From Candidatus Woesearchaeota archaeon (GTDB lineage Archaea > Nanobdellota > Nanobdellia > Woesearchaeales > WJKL01), in assembly GCA_014729145.1 (NCBI GenBank), contig WJKL01000016.1, positions 225 to 64,224 on the forward strand: DNA of 64,000 nt, written 5' to 3'. A program made the translations under genes and the position numbers. A model generated the notes under the pieces. It worked only from the letters and a program-made list of their open reading frames with translations, was not told the origin of the DNA and ran no database searches. Positions 9,112-18,907 of the stretch are shown piece by piece. Numbering within the stretch: the first letter of the stretch is position 1; every line of letters begins with the position of its first letter.

Positions 9112-9507
9112 ATGGATTATGAAAAATTACTTGACAAAGCAAGAAAAGAACTGCCTGAATCTCTGCTAAAGGTGCAGAGGTTTGAGATCCCTAAAGTAAG
9201 GGGGCATATACAGGGAAATAGAACTATAATAAATAATTTTCATCAGATTGCCGCTGTTTTGCACAGAAAGCCTGAACATGTTTTGAAATATGTTTTGAAA
9301 GAACTGGCTGCTCCGGGGGAGCTGAAAAAAAATGCTTTGATGATCGGAACAAAGGTTCCTGCTTCAAGAGTTAATGCTAAGATCAAAAAATATGCTGAAA
9401 AGTTTGTAATCTGTCCGGAATGCAAGAAGCCAGATACCAAACTGGTGAAAGAGGAAGGTACAACCTATATCAAATGTCTTGCCTGCGGAGCCAAGAGCAA
9501 GGCTTGA
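9112..9507 (+). CDS. Translation initiation factor aIF2 beta subunit
   Basis: 131 aa. C-terminal zinc ribbon CPECKKPDTKL...CLACGA. Conserved aIF2-beta core (LKYVLKELAAPGEL). Confidence 0.75.
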   Translation: MDYEKLLDKARKELPESLLKVQRFEIPKVRGHIQGNRTIINNFHQIAAVLHRKPEHVLKYVLKELAAPGELKKNALMIGTKVPASRVNAKIKKYAEKFVICPECKKPDTKLVKEEGTTYIKCLACGAKSKA

Positions 9508-9513
9508 TCTAAT

Positions 9514-9816
9514 ATGATTGTAAAAATACATAAGTCTAATGAAGGGAGAGTAATTCTGGCAGTCTGTGATTCTGAACTAATAGGGAAACGTTTTACAGAA
9601 GGAGAAAAACAGCTGGATATGAGTTCTGATTTTTACAAAGGAGAGGAAATGGAAGAGAAAAGGATATTAAATCTTTTGAAATCAGTACATATTGTTAATC
9701 TATGCGGCAAAGAATCTGTTGCGTTGGGGGTTAAAGCTGGTGTTGTTGATGAAGAAAATATCATAAAAGTTGACGGGATTCCTCATGCAGAAGGTGTTAT
9801 TTTGAGAGAGGAATAG
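9514..9816 (+). CDS. Small conserved hypothetical protein (DUF424-like), often found next to aIF2-beta in archaea
   Basis: 100 aa, compact. 6 nt downstream of the aIF2-beta gene. Family assignment is from memory of the conserved neighbourhood only. Confidence 0.35.
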   Translation: MIVKIHKSNEGRVILAVCDSELIGKRFTEGEKQLDMSSDFYKGEEMEEKRILNLLKSVHIVNLCGKESVALGVKAGVVDEENIIKVDGIPHAEGVILREE

Positions 9817-9971
9817 TAAAATAATTTAGCAGTTATCTAATTTTAATTGGCTTATGGTTCTTTTTTCTGATAAGATATGTTTCTTTGTTTTTTTTAGAAA
9901 TATGATCTGGATTTGGAATATTCCCATGAAAAACTAAGTGTCCTGATGGAAAGTCTAATTTAAAGACTGTC

Positions 9972-12900
9972 CTAACCAAACCACTTTCCAAGACCTTCCT
10001 GCCTTTCTTTTTCTTTTCCAAAAACACTTTCAATCCTTCTTTGGAGTATTGTAAGTGTCTGCTTCAGATAATCAGGGATATTATATTTGTTTGCAAGAGA
10101 TATGCTTGGCTGGAGGTATTTTACTACAGAGCCTTCTGAGATGGTGAAGATTATCCTGCCTCCGCATTCAGTGCATTTTCCTATCAAAGGGGGCCGCCTG
10201 TATTTTGTATTGCATTTTACACAACGAAACTGCTGCATTGAAAATTTCCTGAGATTTCCTTTGATGTCTCTTAGGAAATGTTTTTCTATGACCAATCTTG
10301 CGACATCAGAGGTATCTACAGCTCTTAGTTTTTCTGCTATGTTCATCTGCCCCTTTAACTTATCCTCCATAGAAGGCAAAGTCTTGTATGCAGAACATCT
10401 TACCCCTTTATTTATGTTTGAGGTGTCATGTGTAAAACCAAGACCTTCATATTGCTTTGGTGTGTTAAGGTGGTCTCCAAGTTTTGATATTTCAATGTCC
10501 CATGGATCCTTATATGCAATGCATGCATTATAGAACTCAAGAGTGTATCTCCAGGCGATATCCATGTCAAATATCATATCATCTATTTCAGAAGGGATGA
10601 GTCTTGAGGTCATTACAAGGGGTGCGTCTTGGGTTGCTCCTCTGTGTGCAGGAAGGTACTGCCTGGAAAAATTGATTACTGCATCCATCAGAAGGTTTAC
10701 TGATGCTTCATCTCCGTCGCAGTCTCTTCTTGTAGCAGCATGGAGCATGGGATGAGCAAAAAAACCTTGGGTATTTGAAAAACCGATGATTCTCCCCACT
10801 ATTGCTGCAGAAGTGTGTGGCGCTAAAGCAAGAACAAGATGGCCGATAAGGTCTTGTTCAGATTTTAAATTATAGTAAGCTGGTAAGCTGTAAAGATTTT
10901 TAAGAAGGTCATCGCAGAATTTTGAAACCCTGAACAATACTTCATCTGCTCCCTGATCTGGAGATTCCTGACATGCAGGAAGAACTATGTCCTGTGGCTT
11001 TAATTCTAGAATCTGGTCTTTTTCCCTAAGGGGTTTTCCATGAATGTCTTTTATATATCCAAGCTCGTTAAGCTTTTCTACAGAAGTTCCTATCTCTTTT
11101 GGCTTGAAATGGGTCAGAGGAAGCTGAGTCATATCATACCTTGTTGTTCCGTCTTTGTTTACGTGTATATCATTTTTTGCCCTTAATATCCCTTTTATCA
11201 GGTGTTCAGGCACATGGTCTTTGTTTGATGTCCCTCTTACTCCTTTGATCAAATCAGGGTATGCTTTAATCTTTAATTTTTTAAGCATCTGCTTGAAATA
11301 ATACTTTATGTCAATATCCTGCAGCCTGTGATGTGGTATTTCTCCATGTTTTTTGCATTTCTCTTTTTCTTTTGATCCACAGATCTTGCAGAAATATCTT
11401 TTTTCTGTTCTTTTACCACAGGTTTCGCATACACTAAAGATGGTTTCTTTACTGCATCTTTTGCAGAAGAATAGGGGGAAATTGGACCTTATCTTTCCCT
11501 CTTCAAGTGCAGCCTGGAAAGAACGCAGTCTTCCCCCTTCATTTCCAACAGGGAACAGAACATGAGGTGATCCGGTAAGTTTTCTCATCTTGGCCTTTTC
11601 AGGACGCCCCATCCTTGCGCCTATGAATACTCCTGACTTGTCCCTAATCTTAACTGAGGATATATCTTTGATAATATCTAGGGGGTTCTTGTCTATTGAA
11701 GTAATATTAGAAATATTTAACTGGGCGATAAAAGCCGGGGCGTGATCTTTTTTGATTACTATAAACTCTTTATTGACAACAATATGGGGCAGACCTATCA
11801 GTTCCAATGCCCTTTTAGTATGCTCTTCTATCGGGATTATTATTTTCTTGGTGGTATTATTTTCTTTTTTTATCTCTGATTTTTTAATTGATCTTACAAG
11901 TTCAGAAAACTGCTCCTTGTTTATAAGCTTCCAGTGGTATGTATATCTTGGATGAAGAGGGATGTTCAACTTTAGAGAAAGTTTAAGGGCGTGCTGTGGA
12001 GAAATTATGGTATTTAGTGGGTTCTTAGTCAGCTTATTGAGTATATCTTCAGGTATTTCAGTAAACTCTGAAAGCTTGTAGGTGTCAAGATTTCCAAAAT
12101 TATCAACCGTGGCTTTTTCCAGCTCCTGTATCCACCATTCCTCACAATAACCAGGAGGTATCAAAGAATGAGCACGATTGAGGAAATCCCCATAGTTTAT
12201 GAGCATATCTCCCATGAAAAGGATCTCTTCAATATTATCTGAATATTCTTTTAGTTCTGATTCATTCTCTATCTTCACAACTGAACCGTCTTTGAGTTTT
12301 ATTATAGGACCTTCAAGCGTGTCGCAGACTGTGACGGTACAGCCTTTTCCAGGCCTCTCTATCTTCAGCTGGGTTCCAGTGCCAATATAATCATTTAAGG
12401 CTGCCATGGTAGCTGGGTGGATAGATGTAGCAGAATACCCTGATGTCCTTGACCTTCCAAATCTTAACCTAAATCCGCCAGGAGCAAGCGGGTGCGTCAA
12501 AACAGGCCTTCCTGCAACAAGGTCTTTTATGAATGTATGGTCCGGCTTTACTTCATTGGTTTCTTTTTCCTCTTTTTTATCTGGTGTCTGTTTTGATTTT
12601 ATCTTTTTTTGTAGTCTTACGAATTCTTCAAGAAAATCCCACTGCTCCATACTGAATTCGTGACCCCATTTTGAAAGCTGTTTCCATAATTTAGGGGCTT
12701 TTTGGGCAATTCCCTCTCCCATAGTAAGGCAGACCCCATTTCTGATCCTGTTTGTCTCTACTCTTTCAAGGTCCTTATAATTGGAAACCTCTATCTTTTC
12801 GGAAGGGTCTCCAGCTATCTGAACAGGTATGTGTTTAGCTAAAAATTCTATCTCTTCTGGAGAGGGAAGATATTGAAGATTGGTAATCTTTTCATGATAA

Positions 12901-13496
12901 TCATAAAGTTCAGTGACATACCTTTTAGTCTCCTTTTCGTTTGGATCATAAGGGTGATATCCCATCTTTTTTCTTACATAATCTGCAATCAAAACAGAAA
13001 CTGAAGCTCCGGTGCCCCCTGCACTCCTGATTGGTCCAGAAAAATATAGTTTAAAGTATTCTTTTCCTTCTTTTGTCTTTTCTATAGATAACTTGCTGAA
13101 ACCTTCAAGAGGGGATGCGACCGAACCTAAAGTATGGTATGCGAATCCTACCCTTATTCCCACCTCCATTGCTTCTTTTTTGTCTTCGAACTTGCAGAAT
13201 TTCTGATTTGCGATCTCTTCAGCGATTATGAGTGATATTCTCCAGTCCAGAACACTGTATTTTTTTTCGAGGTCCTGTATCCTTTTTGATACTCCTGAAT
13301 CTATAATCTGAGGTGCAACTGCAGAGATAAGCCCGGTTACACGCTCAGCCATATTCCTGGCAACAGGTATATCTATCTTTTCTTCTGGATCATATCCCTT
13401 CTTTCTTGCTTTGGAAGCCAGAGAAAGCCCTTTTTTCAGTTTTTCATCTATCTTTTTGAAGTAATCTTCCATCTCTTTTGAAGTTTGTGGGCTCAT
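9972..13496 (-). CDS. dp2: DNA polymerase II (PolD) large subunit DP2
   Basis: 1174 aa. Conserved DP2 blocks including Cys clusters (CKRCSKETIFSVCETCGKRTE...CKICG) and C-terminal zinc finger (CVKCNTKYRRPPLIGKCTECGG). Start overlaps the DP1 stop (ATGA). No intein. Confidence 0.9.
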   Translation of the reverse strand: MSPQTSKEMEDYFKKIDEKLKKGLSLASKARKKGYDPEEKIDIPVARNMAERVTGLISAVAPQIIDSGVSKRIQDLEKKYSVLDWRISLIIAEEIANQKFCKFEDKKEAMEVGIRVGFAYHTLGSVASPLEGFSKLSIEKTKEGKEYFKLYFSGPIRSAGGTGASVSVLIADYVRKKMGYHPYDPNEKETKRYVTELYDYHEKITNLQYLPSPEEIEFLAKHIPVQIAGDPSEKIEVSNYKDLERVETNRIRNGVCLTMGEGIAQKAPKLWKQLSKWGHEFSMEQWDFLEEFVRLQKKIKSKQTPDKKEEKETNEVKPDHTFIKDLVAGRPVLTHPLAPGGFRLRFGRSRTSGYSATSIHPATMAALNDYIGTGTQLKIERPGKGCTVTVCDTLEGPIIKLKDGSVVKIENESELKEYSDNIEEILFMGDMLINYGDFLNRAHSLIPPGYCEEWWIQELEKATVDNFGNLDTYKLSEFTEIPEDILNKLTKNPLNTIISPQHALKLSLKLNIPLHPRYTYHWKLINKEQFSELVRSIKKSEIKKENNTTKKIIIPIEEHTKRALELIGLPHIVVNKEFIVIKKDHAPAFIAQLNISNITSIDKNPLDIIKDISSVKIRDKSGVFIGARMGRPEKAKMRKLTGSPHVLFPVGNEGGRLRSFQAALEEGKIRSNFPLFFCKRCSKETIFSVCETCGKRTEKRYFCKICGSKEKEKCKKHGEIPHHRLQDIDIKYYFKQMLKKLKIKAYPDLIKGVRGTSNKDHVPEHLIKGILRAKNDIHVNKDGTTRYDMTQLPLTHFKPKEIGTSVEKLNELGYIKDIHGKPLREKDQILELKPQDIVLPACQESPDQGADEVLFRVSKFCDDLLKNLYSLPAYYNLKSEQDLIGHLVLALAPHTSAAIVGRIIGFSNTQGFFAHPMLHAATRRDCDGDEASVNLLMDAVINFSRQYLPAHRGATQDAPLVMTSRLIPSEIDDMIFDMDIAWRYTLEFYNACIAYKDPWDIEISKLGDHLNTPKQYEGLGFTHDTSNINKGVRCSAYKTLPSMEDKLKGQMNIAEKLRAVDTSDVARLVIEKHFLRDIKGNLRKFSMQQFRCVKCNTKYRRPPLIGKCTECGGRIIFTISEGSVVKYLQPSISLANKYNIPDYLKQTLTILQRRIESVFGKEKERQEGLGKWFG

Positions 13497-15076
13497 TTTC
13501 CGAATTTAAGTAGTTTAAATTTTCTTGTCTGAAGATTTAATATTGGAACACGTGCGGGCTCAGGATTATGGCCAACTTTTTCCTGGAAAGGTGTCTTGGA
13601 CTGCCAGCATGAACCGCAGACAAGAGTTATATTTCTGTAATTTTTTATCGTAGATTTATGAATATGGCCTGTAATAAATATATCAGGAAGGGTTTCAATT
13701 ACCAAGGGGTCTTTTGATGTGTTTGGGATATAAAGGGTGGATGTATGGCTTGGAGCAAGGTGTCTTTTTTGGAGTAAAAACTGCATGATAAGGTCAGCAC
13801 GATTGTATCCTCCTTTGTTCCTGATTGAATCGATATTGGCTACAAAATAATCAAAGGAATATCCATGATATAACAATACATCAAAACCAGGAAAATCCCC
13901 TGAAGAGTGAATATTGACTGTTGATGGATTGCTGACCATAGTGACGTTAGGAAGCTCCCAGATTGAGCCTGCAAAATCTTTGTAAAGTGTGGGCTGAGGC
14001 TCTGCAATGCGCATAGCATCGTGATTTCCAGGAGATATTATTAGATTTATATGCTGAGGGATTTTTTTCAGAAGACTGGCACATTCTTCATATTGTTTTT
14101 TTATGTCTTTGATGACAAGTTCATCTTCCTGTCCAGGGTATATTCCATGGCCATCCACTAGATCTCCCACAATAAATACATATTTTGTCTTTTCCGCAAT
14201 ATTTTTCTGCTCTTGATTTCCAGTATTGCCATTGATCCAGTCTAAAAACTGGTTGAATTCCTTGCCTAAAAAATGGTCTGAACCTACATGGACGTCTGAC
14301 AAAAATACAGCATAGGCTTCTTCTGGTGCTTTTCTCAGCTCCTTGCTTAAAGGGACTTCCGGCCAGATGATATTGTTGGCAAAAACAATATTATCCCCAT
14401 TTACACCTACAACCCCAATGACCTCATCAAGAACGATGTCCTGTGCTGGATTAAAAAGCTCTGGCTTGTTGTTGTTTACATATACCTTGATGCATCCAGT
14501 AGGGTCCTCTAAAGTAAGCATAAGCCCTCCTTTGGATGTAGTTTTTTTGTCTTTCACTATCCCTATTATCGACACATTGTCTTTGTCTTGTTTGCTATTG
14601 AGTCTTGTTATTGAGGTTAAATTCCTTAAATCAGGCCTGCTTCTTAGTATTTTTTCAAGCGCCTTGTACCTCACATTAAAATAAGAAACAAAGTCCTGGA
14701 TGTCTCTTTTCTTGCTTTCTTCCTCATATGAATTTATTATCTTTATATTTTGGGACTCGGGTTTGTTATCTACATCTTCAGAGTGCAGAAAATCTACAAA
14801 CTTAAAATAAACCTCTTTATTTTTTCCTTTTTCAAAGGACACCCTTGCATTATCAAAATCAACCCAATTCATGTCAAGAGGTGCATCCTGGTCCACCATC
14901 TTTTTTACATCAGAAGTTAACATAAGAAAGTTTCTTGATTTGAGTTTCTTGAAAAGTAAAGAATAAAAATCTGAAGGCTCAAAATCATCTGTAAGCGAAT
15001 CTAGAAATCCCTGTGATAGGAATATTTCTTTCTTTAAAAAATAATTTACAATCTTCTTTTGTTTTTCAATTTCCAT
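13493..15076 (-). CDS. dp1: DNA polymerase II (PolD) small subunit DP1 (calcineurin-like phosphoesterase, 3'-5' exonuclease)
   Basis: 527 aa. Metallophosphoesterase motifs (VFLSDVHVGS, GDLVDG, GNHD, GHIH). N-terminal OB region. Confidence 0.85.
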   Translation of the reverse strand: MEIEKQKKIVNYFLKKEIFLSQGFLDSLTDDFEPSDFYSLLFKKLKSRNFLMLTSDVKKMVDQDAPLDMNWVDFDNARVSFEKGKNKEVYFKFVDFLHSEDVDNKPESQNIKIINSYEEESKKRDIQDFVSYFNVRYKALEKILRSRPDLRNLTSITRLNSKQDKDNVSIIGIVKDKKTTSKGGLMLTLEDPTGCIKVYVNNNKPELFNPAQDIVLDEVIGVVGVNGDNIVFANNIIWPEVPLSKELRKAPEEAYAVFLSDVHVGSDHFLGKEFNQFLDWINGNTGNQEQKNIAEKTKYVFIVGDLVDGHGIYPGQEDELVIKDIKKQYEECASLLKKIPQHINLIISPGNHDAMRIAEPQPTLYKDFAGSIWELPNVTMVSNPSTVNIHSSGDFPGFDVLLYHGYSFDYFVANIDSIRNKGGYNRADLIMQFLLQKRHLAPSHTSTLYIPNTSKDPLVIETLPDIFITGHIHKSTIKNYRNITLVCGSCWQSKTPFQEKVGHNPEPARVPILNLQTRKFKLLKFGK

Positions 15077-15109
15077 TTTAAGATCAAAAGGATTAAGCTT
15101 AAGGGTTGC

Positions 15110-16321
15110 TTAAGATATATCTAATCCTTCCTCTAAAATATTTTTTATGGTCTGTTCGGATGACTCTGATATAGATAAAGTTATATCTCTTGTTCTTCCA
15201 TATCTTCCCTTTGATATTACCTTTGCATTTATTATCCCTAACATATCCAACTCTGCGATAACATCTGAGACCCTTCTTTGGGTTAGGGGCCTTATGTTAG
15301 TTTTGGAGCATATCTTTTTGTAAACTTCATATACCTCTCCTGTGAATATCTGTTTTTCTTTTTTAGAGCAAATAGAAAGGATAGAGTAAAGGATAGCCTG
15401 GTGTTGTTTTGGTTGGGTTCTTATTATATCTAAAATTCTGTCTTTTTCTATCTTTTCTTCTGCAAAATCAATATCATCTAATTCTATCTTTTCTTTGTTT
15501 TTTCTTTCTGCCAGTTCGCCTGCGACCCGCAAGAGCTCCAGGGCCCTTCTTGCATCCCCATGTTCTCTGGCTGCATAAGCGGCACATTTTTCTATCACTC
15601 CTGATTTCATTGATTTTTTTTGGAATGCTTTTTTTGCCCTCTGTCTTAAGATATCCTGTATCTGGATTGCATTATATGGGGGGAAGATTATCTCTTCTTC
15701 TGATAATGAAGATTTTACCCTTGGATCTAAATTATCTCTGAACATTAGGTCATTGGATACCCCAATTATTGATATTTGAGATTTTTGAAGCTCTGAATTT
15801 ATTCTTGTTAGGTTATATAATACTTCATCCCCTGTTTTACTTACAAGCTGGTCGATCTCATCCAAAATCAATAAAATCAAAGAATTTTCTTTTTCTATCA
15901 AATTGAATACTATCTTATATACTTCTTCTGTTGGTAGGCCTGTTGATGGGATCTCCTGTCCAAGTTCTCTAGAAATCTGAGCAACTAATCTATATTCAGT
16001 GTCTGCGATTTTTTTTAACTTACAGTTTAGATATATTGTTTTGAGAGGTATTTTTCTTTTGGTTGCTACATTTATCAGTTTGTTGGATGTAAATTTTATC
16101 GAAAGGGTCTTTCCTGTTCCTGTTTTTCCATAAATGAAAAGATTAGAAGGTTTGTCTAACTTTAAGGCTGGTGCTAAGATATCTGCTATTTCTTGTATCT
16201 GCTTATCTCTATGGGGTGTTGTTTCTGGTGTAAAGTTTGATTGAAGTGCTTTTTTGTTTGTGAATATTGATTTTTTATCTAAGAATTCTTCGAAAAATAC
16301 ATCTATATTTTTTTGATCCAT
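15110..16321 (-). CDS. orc1: Orc1/Cdc6 replication initiator
   Basis: 403 aa AAA+ protein with Walker A GKTGTGKT and Walker B LILDEID. C-terminal winged-helix domain. Starts 15 bp from ORB1. Confidence 0.9.
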   Translation of the reverse strand: MDQKNIDVFFEEFLDKKSIFTNKKALQSNFTPETTPHRDKQIQEIADILAPALKLDKPSNLFIYGKTGTGKTLSIKFTSNKLINVATKRKIPLKTIYLNCKLKKIADTEYRLVAQISRELGQEIPSTGLPTEEVYKIVFNLIEKENSLILLILDEIDQLVSKTGDEVLYNLTRINSELQKSQISIIGVSNDLMFRDNLDPRVKSSLSEEEIIFPPYNAIQIQDILRQRAKKAFQKKSMKSGVIEKCAAYAAREHGDARRALELLRVAGELAERKNKEKIELDDIDFAEEKIEKDRILDIIRTQPKQHQAILYSILSICSKKEKQIFTGEVYEVYKKICSKTNIRPLTQRRVSDVIAELDMLGIINAKVISKGRYGRTRDITLSISESSEQTIKNILEEGLDIS

Positions 16322-16335
16322 CTAAACACCCTCTA

Positions 16336-16354
16336 TTTCCAAATGAAATGGAAG
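16336..16354 (+). promoter_or_regulatory. ORB1: TTTCCAAATGAAATGGAAG (dyad TTCCA...TGGAA)
   Basis: Matches the archaeal ORB/mini-ORB core. 15 bp upstream of the orc1 start codon. Confidence 0.5.
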
Positions 16355-16375
16355 TATAAATAATTTTTTGTTTGT

Positions 16376-16403
16376 GCCCCTGACTCCTTCATTTCATTTG
16401 GAG
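16376..16403 (-). promoter_or_regulatory. ORB2 (read on minus strand): CTCCAAATGAAATGAAGGAGTCAGGGGC with downstream G-string
   Basis: Full-length ORB architecture (dyad core plus GAAATGAAGG plus GGGG). Confidence 0.55.
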
Positions 16404-16626
16404 TTTTATATTGTTGTTTTGGATGGTTTAAATTTATTTCAGTAGTTTAATATATATAATATAATAATTATTTTTTAATTTATATTTTTTATTATAATAT
16501 TTAGAGGCTTTCTTTTTATTTTTTTCTATATTGAAAATAAATATAATATAATAAATAATAATATAATAATAAAAATAATAAATAAAAAATAAAAAAGAAA
16601 ACAACAAACAAAACAAAAAAACGACA

Positions 16627-16653
16627 TTTCCACACGAAATGAAGGAGTAGGAG
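16627..16653 (+). promoter_or_regulatory. ORB3: TTTCCACACGAAATGAAGGAGTAGGAG. Inverted relative to ORB2 across the AT-rich stretch.
   Basis: Same consensus. A degenerate fourth copy (CATTTCATTT core) lies at about 16672-16693. Confidence 0.55.
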
Positions 16654-16834
16654 AATGAAAAAATCAAGAGATTGGAATACATTTCATTTAAAGTTATCAC
16701 TATATAATAATAAAAACCATTACCTTTATAAACAATATTCTCTTAATTATCCATATATCCAAAAAGAAATTGATAGGTATAAGTATATTATAATATAAAA
16801 TTAACATTAAAATAAGGATAGTGAGGGAAAAACA

Positions 16835-17653
16835 ATGATAGTTAAGAAAGATTTTTTAAACAAACTAAAAGATTTCGGATTAAATACATACGAAAGCAAA
16901 TTATGGACTGCTTTGTTGTCAAGAGGTGTTTCAACTGCAGGTGAATTAAGTGATATTGCAGGAGTTCCAAGAAGCAGAAGTTATGATGTTCTCGAAAGTC
17001 TTGAGAAAAAAGGCTTTATTATTATGAAGGTAGGAAAACCAATAAAATATGTGGCTGTTCCTCCGACTGATGTTTTAGAAAGAGTAAAAAAACAGATAGA
17101 AAATGAAGCAAACAAACAGATAGGCGTTATCGATTCTATTGAAGAAAGTGACGTATTAAATAAGCTTCAGTCCTTACACCAAGAAGGCGTTGATATGATA
17201 GACCCTACTGATTTAAGTGGGTGTGTAAAAGGGAGGAATAACCTTTACAATCATCTTGGATCAATGATTAATGACGCAAAAGAATCTGTTTCTATAATGA
17301 CTACAATGGATGGCCTCAAAAGAAAATTAGATAATCTAAAAAACGTTCTTGAGAAAGCAAAGAAAAAAGGTGTTAATGTAAGGATCGCTGCCCCTTTGAA
17401 AAAAGCAGATAAAAAAATAATAGATGAACTATCTAAATATGCAGAAATAAAACACAGTGATGTCAATTCAAGATTTTGTGTTATAGATGGAAAACAAGTG
17501 GCATTTATGTTATTAGATGACAAAGACGTACACCCAACTTATGATGCAGCCATCTGGGCAAATACGAAGTTGTTTGCTTCAACCCTTGAAAATTTCTTTA
17601 ACCAATGCTGGGGCAATATGAAACCAGCTGACAAGTTTGTAAAGGCATCTTAA
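16835..17653 (+). CDS. TrmB-family transcriptional regulator (paralog 1)
   Basis: N-terminal wHTH (LWTALLSRGVSTAGELSDIAGVPRSRSYDVLESLEKKGF) plus C-terminal TrmB effector-type domain. More than 60% identical to the ORF at 45256 over the N-terminal 90 aa. Confidence 0.8.
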   Translation: MIVKKDFLNKLKDFGLNTYESKLWTALLSRGVSTAGELSDIAGVPRSRSYDVLESLEKKGFIIMKVGKPIKYVAVPPTDVLERVKKQIENEANKQIGVIDSIEESDVLNKLQSLHQEGVDMIDPTDLSGCVKGRNNLYNHLGSMINDAKESVSIMTTMDGLKRKLDNLKNVLEKAKKKGVNVRIAAPLKKADKKIIDELSKYAEIKHSDVNSRFCVIDGKQVAFMLLDDKDVHPTYDAAIWANTKLFASTLENFFNQCWGNMKPADKFVKAS

Positions 17654-17752
17654 ATAAATCATTTAGGATTATTTTAGACAAGACCATTTCCAAAACTTTT
17701 ATATACCTATAACCTATTTTTTATTATTATATTTTTAAAAGAGGTGAATTAA

Positions 17753-17959
17753 ATGGCATTGGGATTAGCTGAACTTACTTTAGCAGTTATTATCGGAACA
17801 CTTGCAGCTATTGTTTATTCTCTGAGAGTTCTTGTATTATTAGAAAGAAGAATAGCAAAATTGGATGAAAATATAGCAAAGTTAACCAAAAAGGTCCTCA
17901 AGGAAGAAGTAAAGATAGAAAAGATGACTAAGAAGTCTAAAAGGAAAAAAATAAAATAA
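17753..17959 (+). CDS. Small hypothetical protein, N-terminal TM helix plus Lys-rich coiled-coil tail
   Basis: 68 aa ORF. Hydrophobic N-terminus (LTLAVIIGTLAAIVYSL) then charged helix. No family recognised. Confidence 0.3.
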   Translation: MALGLAELTLAVIIGTLAAIVYSLRVLVLLERRIAKLDENIAKLTKKVLKEEVKIEKMTKKSKRKKIK

Positions 17960-17975
17960 GGCTTTTTAATTTATC

Positions 17976-18878
17976 ATGAAAAATTTTAAATCTATAGTCA
18001 GAGATATAAAAGAGATAAAGATTCAGGGGGCCCAAAGTGTTGCAAAAGCAGCTGCTCAAGGAATAATCAGTGTTGCAGAAGATTCCAAAAGATTTTCAAG
18101 GAAAATTTTATTGATGGAGCTTGAAAAATCGAGAAAAGTATTAATAGGATCAAGGCCAACAGAGCCTGCAATGAGAAATGTTCTGAGTTTTTTATTTTAT
18201 GAATTAGACAAGCATGAAGATATACTATCTGAATTAAATAAAAGATCCAAATATATCAAAAAACATTTTGAAGAAAGCGAAAAAAACATATCAAAGATAG
18301 GAGCAAAAAAAATATCAAAAGAAAGTGTTGTTTTCACACACTGCCACAGCTCTACGGTCGTGAATATCCTGAAAGAAGCAAAGAAAAAAGATAAAAAAAA
18401 ATTTGAAGTTTATAATACAGAAACAAGGCCTTTGTTTCAGGGAAGGCTGACTGCGAAAGCATTATCCAGAGTAGATATTCCAGTTGTTCATTTTGTTGAC
18501 AGTGGAGGAAGGATTGCACTAAAAGAAGCAGATATTATGCTCATTGGAGCAGATGCAATCTCTTCAGAAGGAAAAGTTATAAACAAGATAGGAAGCGAAA
18601 TGTTTGCTGAGATTGCAGATAAGTATGATGTTCCTGTATATGTATGCAGTGATTCCTGGAAATTTGATCCTAAATCTGTTTTTGGATATGAAGAAGAGAT
18701 AGAGAGGAGAAGCAGTAAAGAAATATGGGCAGCACCACCAGAAGGAGTAAATATAAGCAATCTTGCTTTTGAGAAGGTAAGTTCTGATCTGATAACTGGT
18801 GTTATATCTGAGTTGGGAGTATATAAGCCTGAAATATTTGTAGAAGAAGTAAAAAAAGCATATCCTTGGATGTTTTAG
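17976..18878 (+). CDS. eIF-2B alpha/beta/delta family protein (aIF2B-like / ribose-1,5-bisphosphate isomerase family)
   Basis: 300 aa. Conserved C-terminal block GADAISSEGKVINKIGSEMFAEIADKYDVPVYVCSDSWKFDP typical of the IF-2B family. Confidence 0.7.
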   Translation: MKNFKSIVRDIKEIKIQGAQSVAKAAAQGIISVAEDSKRFSRKILLMELEKSRKVLIGSRPTEPAMRNVLSFLFYELDKHEDILSELNKRSKYIKKHFEESEKNISKIGAKKISKESVVFTHCHSSTVVNILKEAKKKDKKKFEVYNTETRPLFQGRLTAKALSRVDIPVVHFVDSGGRIALKEADIMLIGADAISSEGKVINKIGSEMFAEIADKYDVPVYVCSDSWKFDPKSVFGYEEEIERRSSKEIWAAPPEGVNISNLAFEKVSSDLITGVISELGVYKPEIFVEEVKKAYPWMF

Positions 18879-18907
18879 ATTTTCAGAATCAGATTAGATT
18901 AAATAAG

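Larger units (their letters stand above)
16322..16834. other. oriC: Putative chromosomal replication origin (oriC): ORB elements flanking an extreme A/T duplex-unwinding element
   Basis: About 210 bp of almost pure A/T (16410-16620) bracketed by inverted ORB2 (-) and ORB3 (+), with ORB1 (+) next to the orc1 start. Lies upstream of the co-directional orc1-DP1-DP2 cluster. Confidence 0.6.

Noticed and set aside
9833-10033. 66-aa minus-strand ORF at the 3' end of DP2
   Set aside because: It overlaps the DP2 stop region in another frame. It is short, has no motifs, and is superseded by the 1174-aa DP2 ORF.
16434-16700. 88-aa ORF on the minus strand inside the putative origin
   Set aside because: The product is an F/I/Y/N-rich low-complexity string (FIYYFYYYIIIYYIIFIF) produced by a near-pure A/T run. 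It lies inside the unwinding element between ORB elements. It is not a gene.
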